A stretch of 64,000 nt of DNA from the NCBI GenBank assembly GCA_963773285.1, contig CAVZAM010000033.1:77022-141021 (forward strand), read 5' to 3'. This DNA is from an uncultured delta proteobacterium. Lineage in GTDB: Bacteria > Desulfobacterota > Desulfobaccia > Desulfobaccales > 0-14-0-80-60-11. Below are positions 8,952 through 18,490 of this stretch, piece after piece; the first letter of the stretch is position 1, and the number at the start of each line of letters is the position of its first letter. The position numbers and the translations under genes are program-made. The notes beneath the pieces are model-generated. The model did not search any database, had not been told where the DNA came from, and saw nothing but the letters and a program-made list of their open reading frames with translations.

Positions 8952-9755
8952 TTACAGCTCCACCACTTCCGAGCGCAGGTTGCGGCCCATGAAGAGGCTG
9001 GCCAGGTGCTGAAACCGGGGGGTGAGGTCGGTGGTGAGGTAGCGCCGGCTTCTCCCCCGGCTGAGGCGGGCTTCGATCTCGGGGTGGCGCTTGAGGTAAT
9101 CCACGAGCTTGCCGGCGGTGACCTGGCCGGAGCAGATGAGCCGGGCGCCGTCTCCCATGAGGGCGCCGACCCGGTCCTTGAGGATGGAGTAGTGGGTGCA
9201 GCCCAAAATCAGGGTGTCCACCGCCGCCTCCCGGATGGGGGCCAGGTAGCGCTTGAGGATCATGGCGGTGCCTTCCCAGTCCTGCTCCCCTTCCTCGATG
9301 AGCGGCACCAGGAGCGGGCAGGCCTGCTGAAACACCTGGACCCGGGGATCCAGTTTGTGGAGCTCCAGCTCAAAGGAGCGGGAGGTGACGGTGCCCTCGG
9401 TGCCGATGACGCCGATACGCTTTTGGGGCGAGGCGGCCAGGGCCTCTTCCACGGTGGGGATGAGCACCCCCAGGACCCGGCGGTCCGGGTAATTTTCCAG
9501 GAGGTAGGTCTGCTGGATGGTCCGCAGGGCCTTGGCGGAGGCGGTATGGCAGGCCAGGATGACGAGCTGGCAGCCCTGGCGGAAAAGAAAATCCACCGCC
9601 TGCCGGGTGAAGCGGATGACGACGCGGTCGGACCGGGTACCGTAAGGGATGCGGGCGTTGTCTCCCAGGTAGAGGTAGTCGTAGCGGGGCAGTACCTGGA
9701 GGAATTCCCGGAGCACCACCAGCCCGCCGAAGCCGGAATCGAAGACCCCGATCAT
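8952..9755 (-). CDS. murI: glutamate racemase
   Basis: Starts at the ATG at 9755 (MIGVFDSGFGGL). Motifs LACHTAS and GCTHY are present. The 320-aa ORF extension upstream crosses a tandem repeat and is not MurI-like. Confidence 0.9.
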   Translation of the reverse strand: MIGVFDSGFGGLVVLREFLQVLPRYDYLYLGDNARIPYGTRSDRVVIRFTRQAVDFLFRQGCQLVILACHTASAKALRTIQQTYLLENYPDRRVLGVLIPTVEEALAASPQKRIGVIGTEGTVTSRSFELELHKLDPRVQVFQQACPLLVPLIEEGEQDWEGTAMILKRYLAPIREAAVDTLILGCTHYSILKDRVGALMGDGARLICSGQVTAGKLVDYLKRHPEIEARLSRGRSRRYLTTDLTPRFQHLASLFMGRNLRSEVVEL

Positions 9756-9815
9756 GCCCGGCACCCTGGAAGGAAGGTTCCAGGTGCCAGGCACCCTGGA
9801 AGGAAGGTTCCTGGA
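9756..9815. repeat. 30-bp tandem duplication (2 copies) abutting the murI start
   Basis: GCACCCTGGAAGGAAGGTTCC occurs at 9761-9781 and 9791-9811. The junction forms the palindrome GGTGCCAGGCACC. Confidence 0.85.
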
Positions 9816-10125
9816 AGGCAAGAAGCCGGGTGAGGTCCCCGTCCAAGGTGCGCAAATGCTCCAGGATCCAGGCCTGGGTGTCGCGCTGGTGGGGACTGGC
9901 CCCGACCTGCGCAAAACTCCCCATCCAGGTCAGCGGCTGGGAAAGCCGCATATCCAGGTAATGGGCGGCGCGCTGGAGGCGGAGCACGGCAGCCTGCTGC
10001 CATTCCTCGAGGAGGTTCTGGCGGGCGTAGAGAAATCCCAGCAGACCCACCCCGATGAGCAGCAAAGCCACGGGCAACAGCAAAGAGAAGAGCAACTGGC
10101 GCTGAAGGGTCTTGAATTGCAGCAT
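9816..10125 (-). pseudogene. orphan N-terminal fragment of a membrane sensor protein
   Basis: An ATG at 10125 gives MLQFKTLQRQLLFSLLLPVALLLIGVGLLGFLYARQNLLEEW..., a TM helix plus the beginning of a periplasmic sensor. The frame then runs through the duplication and out-of-frame over murI. No output domain is present. Confidence 0.35.
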
Positions 10126-10214
10126 GAACGCCGAGTAAAAATAAATTAATTTTAGGGAAATGGGGCTGTCTGGGGGAATATGGCGGCCACTGCCCAAAAA
10201 TTCCCAAGCCCAAA

Positions 10215-11010
10215 TCATTCGGACAGCCTGAGGATATTGCCCCGCCGCAGGGCCGACTTGAGAGTAGCGCGCAAGAACAGGTAGCACAGGGCCAAATATA
10301 TCACAGTTTGGCCGAAGCCAACCAGGAGGGGATGCGCCGACAGGAGGGGAAAGCCGTAGAAGTGGCGGAAATAATCGAGGAAATAGGTAAGGGGGATCAA
10401 CTGGGCGATTTGCTTGACCCCGGCCGGCAGGACGGTCACCGGGTAATACAGGCCGCAGACGAGAAACAACAGGTAGGAAAAGGCCCAGGCGGCCACCTCG
10501 GCCCGCTGGCCGAAGCGCAGCACCATGGCCACCACCAGGATGCCCAGGATGGCGGCGTTTAAGAACATGCCGGCGAGGAAGACGGCCAGACCTGTGAGGC
10601 CGGGAAGGCTCAGATCCATGGCAAAGAGCCAGGTGCAGAAAAAAACCATGGCCACAAAAACGACCAAGCCGCGCATCAGCCCGACGAGGCCCGTGCCCAA
10701 AAGGATATGGGGCAGACCGATGGGGGCGATAAAATTGTGCCTCAGGCTCTTGGACCAGACATCGTAAAGCAATGGCGTAAGACAGGTCCAGCTGGGCGAT
10801 CTGGATCGTGTTCATGCCGACGGCGCCGATGAGTATGAAAGTCACCGTCGCCTCGTCCAGCTTGAGGAACTTGGTGAGCAGGCCCACGGAGAAGATGGAG
10901 ATGCCGGGCCAGAAAAACATCTCGAAGACGGCGAAGACATTGCGCCGGTTGACCAGGAGGCTTCTGGCGGCAAAGGCCCAAATTTTGTTGAGCTCAGTGC
11001 GTAAGTTCAC
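10215..11010 (-). CDS. ABC-2 type transporter permease (apparent 1-nt frameshift near 10772-10780)
   Basis: The N-terminal part (MNLRTELNKIWAFAARSLLVNRRN...QIAQLDLSYAI) is in one frame. It continues as LLYDVWSKSLRHNFIAPIG...(185 aa) in another. Confidence 0.8.
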
Positions 11011-11932
11011 GGTAAAGTTCTTCCAGGTCCGCTTCTTTGACCTTGACCTCGGGGGGCTCCGGGGACTGATGCGTGACGGCTACCAGAAGTGGCGCCAGCC
11101 GCACCTCGGCCCGGTCTACCACCAGCAGGACCTCGGAGTCCCGTATTTCCAGGGAGAGCACCCCCGGCAGGCGCTGAAAGTCCACGGGCGGCACCCCGCC
11201 TTTAAAGGTCAGGGACAGGTGATCCCCCAGGCCCAGGCGGGCCTGGAGATCGGGGATGGTGCCGGTGGCCGCGAGCCTGCCGCCCTTCAGGAAGGCCACC
11301 TCGCTGCACAGCTCTTCCGCCTCCCTGAGGTTATGGGTGGTAAGGAGAATGGTAAGGCCGTTTTCCCGGTTGAGGCGGGCGATTTCCCGTCTGATATGCG
11401 CCCCCATTTCCGGGTCGAGGCCGGAGGTGGGCTCGTCCAGGAACAGGAGCGCCGGGTTGTTGATCAGGGTTTTGGCCAGGGCCAGGCGCTGCTTAAGACC
11501 GGTGGAGAGTCTCTCGAAGGTGACCCGGCGGTGGGGGGTTAGTTCGAAGACTTCTATCAATTCCTCTACCTTGCGGGCCAAGAGCCGGCCCCCCAGCCCA
11601 TACTGGCGCCCATAAAAACGCAGGTTTTCCTCCACGGTGAGGCACCACAGGAAATGGGCGTTGCTGGCGGCGAGGTTGATGCGCTGCCTGAGGCGGGCCG
11701 CCTCGCGCACCGTGTCCAGTCCTAACACCAAGGCCCGGCCGCGGTCGGGGAGCAACAGGGTGGTGAGGATGGAAATGAGGGTGGTTTTGCCGGCGCCGTT
11801 GGGGCCCAGAATACCGAAAATAGCCCCCGGGGCCACCTCAAGGTCGACCCCCTGAAGAACATCTTGAGGAGGCTTGAAATAGCCCGTGCGGAACGACTTG
11901 AACAGTCCCTGAGCATCAATGGCCGGCTGCAT
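10994..11932 (-). CDS. ABC transporter ATP-binding protein (ABC-2 exporter partner)
   Basis: Walker A GPNGAGKTT, signature LSTGLKQR and Walker B LLFLDEPTSGLD. It overlaps the permease start. Confidence 0.9.
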   Translation of the reverse strand: MQPAIDAQGLFKSFRTGYFKPPQDVLQGVDLEVAPGAIFGILGPNGAGKTTLISILTTLLLPDRGRALVLGLDTVREAARLRQRINLAASNAHFLWCLTVEENLRFYGRQYGLGGRLLARKVEELIEVFELTPHRRVTFERLSTGLKQRLALAKTLINNPALLFLDEPTSGLDPEMGAHIRREIARLNRENGLTILLTTHNLREAEELCSEVAFLKGGRLAATGTIPDLQARLGLGDHLSLTFKGGVPPVDFQRLPGVLSLEIRDSEVLLVVDRAEVRLAPLLVAVTHQSPEPPEVKVKEADLEELYRELTH

Positions 11933-11940
11933 AGGTGTGA

Positions 11941-12136
11941 GAGGCGGGGGAGGGGGCTAAGGGTCAGCGGACCCTTACCCCCTCCCCCACACCCCCTCCC
12001 CCAATCCCTTGAGTGGGTTGTATTGAGCAGGTTGAGGTGGGAAAATAAGCCCCCTCAACCTGCCTCCCTAAAGGGGGTGGGGAGGGGAGTTTGAGGGGAG
12101 GGCGGGGGACCCACCGGTCCCCCGGCCCTCCTCTCA
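11941..12136. repeat. composite G/C-rich palindromic element (~195 bp, three hairpins)
   Basis: HP1 is GGGGGAGGGGGCTAAGGGTCAGCGGACCCTTACCCCCTCCCCC (11946-11988). There is a central GGTTGAGG..CCCTCAACC, and HP3 is GAGGGCGGGGGACC-CACC-GGTCCCCCGGCCCTC. It is homologous to 24431-24612. Confidence 0.85.
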
Positions 12137-12222
12137 AGAATTTATATCTTATCAAAACCAGGCCGCCGGGCCAAGGGGAGGCGGCTTGCAAAGTCCTCCG
12201 GCCTGAGGTAAAGTGGCGGCAG

Positions 12223-13260
12223 ATGGAGCTGGAGGAGCGACTGGTCAATCCCCGGCGAGGCCCTGATGAAGCAGGCCTCGAGGTGGGGCTGAGACCCAGG
12301 ACTCTTGACGAGTTCGTGGGGCAGGCCGAGGCGCGCCGCAACCTGATCATCGCCATCACCGCGACCATAGCCCGGGGCGAGGCCCTGGACCACGTCCTGG
12401 TGCACGGGCCGCCGGGCCTGGGGAAAACCACCCTGGCCAACATCCTAGCCCAGGAGTTGGGGGTGGGGATCAGGTCCACTTCGGGGCCGGTGATCGAGCG
12501 GGCCGGGGACCTAGCGGCCATTCTCACCAGCCTGTCGCCCAAGGAGGTGCTGTTCATCGACGAAGTGCACCGCCTGCCCACGGTGGTGGAGGAGATTCTC
12601 TACCCGGCCATGGAGGACTTCCGCTTGGACCTGGTCATCGGACAGGGACCCGGGGCCCGCACCGTGAAGCTGGACATCCCTCACTTCACCCTGGTGGGGG
12701 CCACCACCAGGGCGGGGCTTCTCACCCCGGCCTTGCGGGACCGCTTCGGTCTCATTGTCCGCCTGGAGTTTTATTCTCCCGAAGATTTAGCCAAGATCAC
12801 CACCCGGGCAGCCTGGGTTCTGGGAGTGGAGATTGATCCGGAGGGGGCCTGGGAGATCGCCCGGCGCTCCCGGGGCACCCCCAGGATCGCCAACCGCCTC
12901 CTCAAACGGGTGCGGGACTACGCCCAGGTGCACGGCGACGGCAGGATCACCAAGGAAACCGCGGATGCGGGGTTGACGCTCCTGGACATCGACCAGTTGG
13001 GCTTCGACCGCATGGACCGGCAGATTCTGCGGACCATCGTAGAGAAATTCGACGGCGGGCCGGTGGGCCTGGACACCTTGTCGGCGGCGCTCTGCGAGGA
13101 GCGGGATACCCTGGAGGACGTCTACGAGCCCTTCCTGATCCAGGCCGGGTTCCTGAAGCGCACCCCCCGGGGCCGGGTGGCCACCGGCAGCACCCTGGAA
13201 TACCTTGACCGGCTGGACCGGCAAACGGACCGGAAAAAACCGCAGCCGTCCCTTTTTTAA
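12223..13260 (+). CDS. ruvB: Holliday junction branch migration helicase RuvB
   Basis: ATG at 12223 (MELEERLV). Walker [10 protein letters not shown], Walker B LFIDEVH and the sensor motif [10 protein letters not shown] are present. Confidence 0.95.
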   Translation: MELEERLVNPRRGPDEAGLEVGLRPRTLDEFVGQAEARRNLIIAITATIARGEALDHVLVHGPPGLGKTTLANILAQELGVGIRSTSGPVIERAGDLAAILTSLSPKEVLFIDEVHRLPTVVEEILYPAMEDFRLDLVIGQGPGARTVKLDIPHFTLVGATTRAGLLTPALRDRFGLIVRLEFYSPEDLAKITTRAAWVLGVEIDPEGAWEIARRSRGTPRIANRLLKRVRDYAQVHGDGRITKETADAGLTLLDIDQLGFDRMDRQILRTIVEKFDGGPVGLDTLSAALCEERDTLEDVYEPFLIQAGFLKRTPRGRVATGSTLEYLDRLDRQTDRKKPQPSLF

Positions 13261-13302
13261 GCCCGCCAAGCAGGTCAGGCGTGAGCCGGGAAATAGGCCG
13301 GC

Positions 13303-13782
13303 TTACTCCCGCACCCCTCTTTTATCCCAGAAAAAGGCGTAGATCAGGGCGTCTTCGCCGTTGTCGGTGTAATAACCGGGGCGGACGCCCACCTCCTCGA
13401 AGCCGAAGGACCGGTACAGGGCCAGCGCCGCCCGATTTGAAGGCCGCACCTCCAGCCAGACGACCCCGGCTCCCTGGGCCCGGGCCTGGGTCATGGCCGT
13501 GTGTAAAAGTTGGCGGGAAAGGCCTCGGCGGCGGTGGGTGGGGTGGACCGCCAGGTTGAGGAGGTGCATTTCGTCGGCCACCACCCAGTAGATGATGTAG
13601 CCCCGGGCTTCCCAGTCCTCGTCTAGGGGGGGGCCGGCCACCAGCATGGTGCTCTTGGAGTTGGCGTACTCGGCCAGGAAGCACCACAAGGACCAGGGGG
13701 CGGCATAACAAACTTTTTCAATTTCCCAAAGCGACCTGACATCCGTGAGCCCGGCTCGGCGGATGGAGGGAAAAACGGTCAT
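13303..13782 (-). CDS. rimI: ribosomal-protein-alanine N-acetyltransferase
   Basis: GNAT core LLNLAVHPTHRRRGLSRQLL and LEVRPSNRAALALYRSFGF..GVRPGYY, the RimI pattern. Confidence 0.85.
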   Translation of the reverse strand: MTVFPSIRRAGLTDVRSLWEIEKVCYAAPWSLWCFLAEYANSKSTMLVAGPPLDEDWEARGYIIYWVVADEMHLLNLAVHPTHRRRGLSRQLLHTAMTQARAQGAGVVWLEVRPSNRAALALYRSFGFEEVGVRPGYYTDNGEDALIYAFFWDKRGVRE

Positions 13783-14180
13783 TTGCGGCGGAGGACCTCG
13801 CTGGCCACAGTGATGCCCTGCTGCCCGGATTGCTTGAGGGCCGAGGCCACCTCCTTGAGGTCTTTGCCGCCCCTGAGATGGGCCAGTTTCATGAGCATGG
13901 GGAGATTCACCCCGGTGACCACCTCCACCTTGCCTTCCTGGAGAAAAGAAAGGCTGAGGTTGGAGGGGGTGCCCCCCAGCATGTCAGTCAGGACGATGAC
14001 GCCATCGCCGTTGTTCACCTGGCCGAGTCCCAGCTTGATCTGCTCCCGGGAGGCCTCCGGGGCCTCGCTGGGGTCCAGGGAAACGGCCACCATGCCTTCC
14101 TGGCGGCCCATAACCAGGTCACAGACGGAGATCAGAGCTTCGGCCAGTTCTCGGTGCGTGACAATCAACACGCCGATCAT
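13779..14180 (-). CDS. PTS EIIA component, mannose/fructose family
   Basis: MIGVLIVTHRELAEAL (active-site His region), VLTDMLGGTPSN and VVTGVNLPMLMK. The start at 14180 directly abuts the rapZ stop. Confidence 0.8.
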   Translation of the reverse strand: MIGVLIVTHRELAEALISVCDLVMGRQEGMVAVSLDPSEAPEASREQIKLGLGQVNNGDGVIVLTDMLGGTPSNLSLSFLQEGKVEVVTGVNLPMLMKLAHLRGGKDLKEVASALKQSGQQGITVASEVLRRK

Positions 14181-14181
14181 T

Positions 14182-15123
14182 CTATCCTCCTGCAGCTTGA
14201 GCCACATCCCGGTGGCTCAGGGTGAATGGCAAATTTGCCTGGGACAGGTGCTCCCCCAGGACGTTAGCGATGACCACCGAGCGATGCTGGCCGCCGGTGC
14301 AGCCGATGGCCAGGGTGAGGTGGGTTTTGCCCTCGCGCTGGAACCTGGGGAGCAGAAAATCCAGGAAACGCTGAAATTCATTTAAGAAATCCTGGGTCTC
14401 TTCCTGCCCCAGGACAAATTCCCGGACCCGGGGCTCGTTGCCGGTCAGGGGTCTCAATTCATCCACAAAATGCGGGTTGGGCAGGAAGCGCACATCGATG
14501 ACCAGGTCGGCTTCCGGGGGGATGCCGTTTTTATAGGAGAAGGAGATGACGTGCAGCAGCATGCGCTGGCGGGGCTCCACCTCGGAATACTCGTCCAGGA
14601 TCAACTTGCGCAGTTGATGGGGGTTGTAAAGCGAGGTGTCCAGGATGCGGTGGGCCATCTGCCGCACCGCCAGCAGGGACTCCCGCTCCTGGCGCAGGGC
14701 CTGGGCGATGGATTCGTGGTCCGCCAAGGGGTGTTGCCGCCGGGTCTGGCTGAAGCGCCTGAGGAGCACCCGCTCGTCGGCCTCGAGGAAAAGCAGGTTG
14801 AGGACGTACCCCTGGCGCTGGAGGCGCTGGCATACCCGGTTGTAGTTCTGGAGAAAACCGGCGGTGCGCACGTCCATGACCAGGGCGATTTTCCGGGGAT
14901 GCTGGGGAGAGCTGGAAAATTCTTTCAGGAAGGGGGGTAAAAGGCTCAAGGGGAGGTTGTCGACGCAGAAGTAGCCGGCGTCCTCCAGAGAGCGCAGCAC
15001 AGTGCTCTTGCCGGAGCCGGAAAGACCGGTGATGATGAGAACGGTAAGGGGTCCGGCGGCGGATGATGCCCCGGCCGGGGAGGGAGTGGCGGCTGGCTTC
15101 CGGTTAACCTTGGAGCTGGTCAT
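14182..15123 (-). CDS. rapZ: RNase adapter protein RapZ (YhbJ family)
   Basis: Walker A GLSGSGKST, YFCVDNLP and C-terminal CTGGQHRSV. The likely start is the ATG at 15123. Confidence 0.9.
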   Translation of the reverse strand: MTSSKVNRKPAATPSPAGASSAAGPLTVLIITGLSGSGKSTVLRSLEDAGYFCVDNLPLSLLPPFLKEFSSSPQHPRKIALVMDVRTAGFLQNYNRVCQRLQRQGYVLNLLFLEADERVLLRRFSQTRRQHPLADHESIAQALRQERESLLAVRQMAHRILDTSLYNPHQLRKLILDEYSEVEPRQRMLLHVISFSYKNGIPPEADLVIDVRFLPNPHFVDELRPLTGNEPRVREFVLGQEETQDFLNEFQRFLDFLLPRFQREGKTHLTLAIGCTGGQHRSVVIANVLGEHLSQANLPFTLSHRDVAQAAGG

Positions 15124-15172
15124 GGCTGGGGGCAAGCCCTGCTTCCCCATTCGGCAGGGCAACCGTTATTCC

Positions 15173-15634
15173 TTAGCTTTCCTCGTCCTTGGCCGCCAGC
15201 AGTTGATAAATGTCCTGGGCCTGGGCGGCTTGCATGAGGTTTTCCCGGAAGGAGGCGCTCATGAGCATCCGGGAGATCTTGGCCAGGGCCTTCAGGTGCA
15301 AGCCGGCCGAGTTGACCGGGGCCAACAGCAGAAAAAAAAGATTGGATGGCTTGCCGTCTACGGAGTCGAAATTCACCCCTTTGAGGCTCCGGCCAAAGGC
15401 CAGCTTCAGGTCGGCGATGCCGGCCAGTTTCCCGTGGGGGATGGCAACGTTGTCGCCGATGCCGGTGCTGCCCAGGCGTTCCCGTTCCATGAGGACTTCC
15501 ACCACCGTGTCCAGGTCCAGTCCTTCGGGCCCCGGGACCAGGGTGCCGGCCAGTTCCTCCAGGACTCCCATTTTGGTGGTGGCGCTCATGTCTGGGATGA
15601 CGGCCTTGGGCTCCAGCAGGTCAGTTATCTTCAT
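15173..15634 (-). CDS. ptsN: PTS IIA-like nitrogen regulatory protein PtsN (EIIA-Ntr)
   Basis: ERERLGSTGIGDNVAIPHGK (phosphorylatable His region). It sits downstream of rpoN-hpf. Confidence 0.9.
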   Translation of the reverse strand: MKITDLLEPKAVIPDMSATTKMGVLEELAGTLVPGPEGLDLDTVVEVLMERERLGSTGIGDNVAIPHGKLAGIADLKLAFGRSLKGVNFDSVDGKPSNLFFLLLAPVNSAGLHLKALAKISRMLMSASFRENLMQAAQAQDIYQLLAAKDEES

Positions 15635-15645
15635 ACAGGGGGATC

Positions 15646-16164
15646 CTACTTCAGTACCGGCTCGGCCAGGGCCAGGCCGCCGTCGGCGCGGCGGTACAGG
15701 ATAGAGAGGGTCCCGGTGTTGACATCGGTGTAGACCAGAATGGCATTCCCTTTGGTTTGGAGCAGCTCCACGGCGTCGGCCAGCTCCAGGGGCGGCACCT
15801 CGACCTGGCGGCGGCGGATGGGGGGCAGCTTGGTTTCTTCGGGCTCCGCCGGGGCCACCGTCCGGCTCCTGTCCCCCTTGACGTCCCGGAGTTTTTCCCG
15901 CTGCTTCCGAAGCTGCATGTCGATTTTGTCCATCACCAGGTCGATGGCGGCGTACATGTCGGAGTTTTCTTCCCGGCCCTTGACCATGCGGCCGTTGCTG
16001 TTGAGGGAAACGTCCGCCAGGTGCCGGAATTTTTCCAGGCCCAGGACCACGTGGGCCTCCAGGGGCCCGTCCAGGTAGCGCTTGAACTTCTTCAATCTTT
16101 CAGTGACATAGGTCCTCAAAGCCTCGGAGGGTTCAATCTGTCTGAAAGTCACGGAAACTTGCAT
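15646..16164 (-). CDS. hpf: ribosome hibernation promoting factor (long HPF)
   Basis: MQVSVTFRQIEPSEALRTYV..L.K..RY and MYAAIDLV.DK...QLRK, with a C-terminal dimerisation extension. Confidence 0.9.
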   Translation of the reverse strand: MQVSVTFRQIEPSEALRTYVTERLKKFKRYLDGPLEAHVVLGLEKFRHLADVSLNSNGRMVKGREENSDMYAAIDLVMDKIDMQLRKQREKLRDVKGDRSRTVAPAEPEETKLPPIRRRQVEVPPLELADAVELLQTKGNAILVYTDVNTGTLSILYRRADGGLALAEPVLK

Positions 16165-16207
16165 GGGGATCCTCCATACCGGTGATTGTGGGTTTGCCGA
16201 AGCCGGA

Positions 16208-17692
16208 TCAAGGGGAAGGGGGGGATGGCAGGCTTTTGTGGCGGCCGCCCGGTTTTTTGCGCTTGCTGGAGGGCAGCACTCCCAGCATGCCCCGGTATTT
16301 GGCCACGGTCCGCCTGGCGATGATGACGTTGTCCCGGCGCAGAATTTCGGCGATCTCCTGGTCGCTCAGGGGACTCTCGGGATTTTCGGAGTTGACGATC
16401 TGGCGGATTTTCTCCTTGACGCTCTCCGAGGCGATTTGATCCCCCAGGGCCAGGTTGAGGCCGCTGTTGAAGAAATATTTCATGTCCAGCAACCCCTGGG
16501 GGGTGTGCATGTATTTGCCGGTGGTCACCCGGCTGATGGTGGACTCGTGCATCTGCACGTCTTCGGCCACCTGGCGCAGGGTGAGAGGCCTTAACTGTGA
16601 CAAGCCGTTGTCCAGGAAGTCGTTCTGGAAACGGACAATGCTCTCGGAAACCCGGTAGAGGGTCTTTTGGCGCTGGTGTATGCTCCTGATAAACCACAGG
16701 GCGCTGTCCAGGTGCTTTTGAATGTAGGCCCGGGCCGAGTCGCTGAGTTTTTCCGGGTGGCGCAGGGCCTCGAGGTAGAAATTGCTCACCCGGAGCTTGG
16801 GAAGACCGTCCTCATTCAGGGTGATGACGTAATCCTCCCCGACTTTCTGGACGAACACATCGGGGTTGATGTAGGACGGGTCCTCCATGTCGAAGCTGCG
16901 GCCGGGTTTGGGGTCGAGCTGGGCGATCTCGTCGTTGGCGTCGAGGACGTCATCCACCGACACTTTGAGGTCTCGGGCAATGGCCTGGTAGTTACGATTG
17001 GCCAGATTGGTAAGATGCCGGCTGATGATCTGTATGATGAGGGGGTCGTCGATGCCCAGGGCCTTCACCTGCACCAGCAGGCACTCTTTCAGGTCCCGGG
17101 CGGCCACCCCGGTGGGGTCGAAGGTCTGCACGATCCGGAGGACTTCTTCCACCCGGGAGGTGTCCACCTCCAGCTCCTGGGCGATTTCTTCCGCCGAGGC
17201 CTGCAGGTAGCCCTGGGGGTCGATGTTGCCGATGATCAGGGTGGCGATGTGCTCATCGGCCTCGCTCAGCCCGGCCATGCGCATCTGCCAGGTCAGGTGG
17301 GCCTTAAGGGAGGTCTTCTGGGCGTTGAGGTTCTCGAAGGAGGGGAGTTCCCGGTCCTCGCGTTCCGTGAAGGACGGCGTGGCTTCCTGGTCCCTGAAAA
17401 AGTTGGTCCAATCCCAGTCGTCCAGGGGGCTTTTGCTCTCGCCGTCTCCACCGGGCTCGGCCTCGGCCGCGGCGCCTTCCGTGCTGGGGGTCCAATTCTC
17501 CCCCTCCGCCTGATTCTGCCCCCGGTCCTCACTTTGGGTGTCCTCGAGCACCGGGTTGGCCTCAATGGCCTGGTGGATCTCGTCCAGGAGCTCCATGCGG
17601 GAGAGTTGCAGCAGCTTGATGGCCTGCTGCAGCTTCTGGGTCATGATGAGCGTCTGAGTTAGTTTAAGACTCTGGCGGATCTCTAATGCCAT
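16208..17692 (-). CDS. rpoN: RNA polymerase sigma-54 factor
   Basis: N-terminal region I LKLTQTLIMTQKLQQAIKLLQLS and a C-terminal RpoN box ARRTVAKYR. Confidence 0.95.
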   Translation of the reverse strand: MALEIRQSLKLTQTLIMTQKLQQAIKLLQLSRMELLDEIHQAIEANPVLEDTQSEDRGQNQAEGENWTPSTEGAAAEAEPGGDGESKSPLDDWDWTNFFRDQEATPSFTEREDRELPSFENLNAQKTSLKAHLTWQMRMAGLSEADEHIATLIIGNIDPQGYLQASAEEIAQELEVDTSRVEEVLRIVQTFDPTGVAARDLKECLLVQVKALGIDDPLIIQIISRHLTNLANRNYQAIARDLKVSVDDVLDANDEIAQLDPKPGRSFDMEDPSYINPDVFVQKVGEDYVITLNEDGLPKLRVSNFYLEALRHPEKLSDSARAYIQKHLDSALWFIRSIHQRQKTLYRVSESIVRFQNDFLDNGLSQLRPLTLRQVAEDVQMHESTISRVTTGKYMHTPQGLLDMKYFFNSGLNLALGDQIASESVKEKIRQIVNSENPESPLSDQEIAEILRRDNVIIARRTVAKYRGMLGVLPSSKRKKPGGRHKSLPSPPSP

Positions 17693-17751
17693 ATATTGAC
17701 CTTATGTCATGGCCGACGGTGAGGCAAGACCGTCAGCACCAATTGTCACCA

Positions 17752-18474
17752 TTATAACGTAAAGCTCTCGCCCAAGTAAATCCTTTTAGCCACTTCGCTG
17801 TTGACCACGTGTTCCGGGGTGCCCTCCTCCAGGACCTCCCCGTTGCTCAATAAATAGGCCCGGTCGCAGACCCACAGGGTCTCCCGCACGTTGTGGTCGG
17901 AGATCAGGACCCCCAGGCCCCGCTCCTTCAGCTGGCGGATGATGTTCTGGATGTCGGTCACGGCCAGGGGGTCGATGCCGGCGAAGGGCTCGTCCAGAAT
18001 GATGAAATGCGGGGCAGTGACCAGGGCCCGGGTGATTTCCACCCGCCGCCGCTCGCCGCCGGAGAGGTTGGCGGCCTTCTGGTTGGCCAGGTGGGTGATG
18101 CGCAGTTCCCCCAGGAGCTTGTGGAGCCGTTCTTCCCGGACCTGGGGGTCAGGCTCCAGGGTCTCGAGGATGGCCAGGACGTTTTCGGCCACGGTGAGCT
18201 TGCGGAAGACGGAAGATTCCTGGGGCAGGTACTGCAAACCCTTGCGGGCCCGCTGGTAAATGGGCAGCTGGGAGATGTCCTCCCCGTCCAGGGTGACGGC
18301 GCCCTTATCGGGCCGCAGCAGGCCCAGGACCATGAAAAAGGTGGTGGTTTTGCCGGCGCCGTTGGGGCCGAGCAGCCCCACGACTTCGCCGCTTCTGACC
18401 TCCAGGGTGACATCGTTCACCACCCGGCGGCCGTCGTAGCTTTTGCTGAGATGCTCCAGGAACAGACGGTGCAT
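17752..18474 (-). CDS. lptB: LPS export ABC transporter ATP-binding protein LptB
   Basis: Walker A GPNGAGKTT, LSGGERRRVEI and ILDEPFAGIDP. The start is taken at the ATG at 18474 (MHRLFLEHLSKSY). Confidence 0.95.
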   Translation of the reverse strand: MHRLFLEHLSKSYDGRRVVNDVTLEVRSGEVVGLLGPNGAGKTTTFFMVLGLLRPDKGAVTLDGEDISQLPIYQRARKGLQYLPQESSVFRKLTVAENVLAILETLEPDPQVREERLHKLLGELRITHLANQKAANLSGGERRRVEITRALVTAPHFIILDEPFAGIDPLAVTDIQNIIRQLKERGLGVLISDHNVRETLWVCDRAYLLSNGEVLEEGTPEHVVNSEVAKRIYLGESFTL

Positions 18475-18490
18475 GAATTTCCCTAAGGCC

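Noticed and set aside
9756-9815. Tandem 30-bp repeat considered as a mini-CRISPR or a sigma54 promoter (TGGCAC on the minus strand)
   Set aside because: There are only two copies with no unique spacers and no cas genes. The TGGCAC is not followed by TTGC at the -12 spacing.
9370-11010. 546-aa minus-strand ORF spanning the murI, intergenic and permease regions
   Set aside because: It is a chimeric read-through. Only its first ~75 aa (permease N-terminus) and a middle ~100 aa (sensor fragment) look real. The remainder is Pro/Arg/Gly-rich out-of-frame overlap of murI and the permease.
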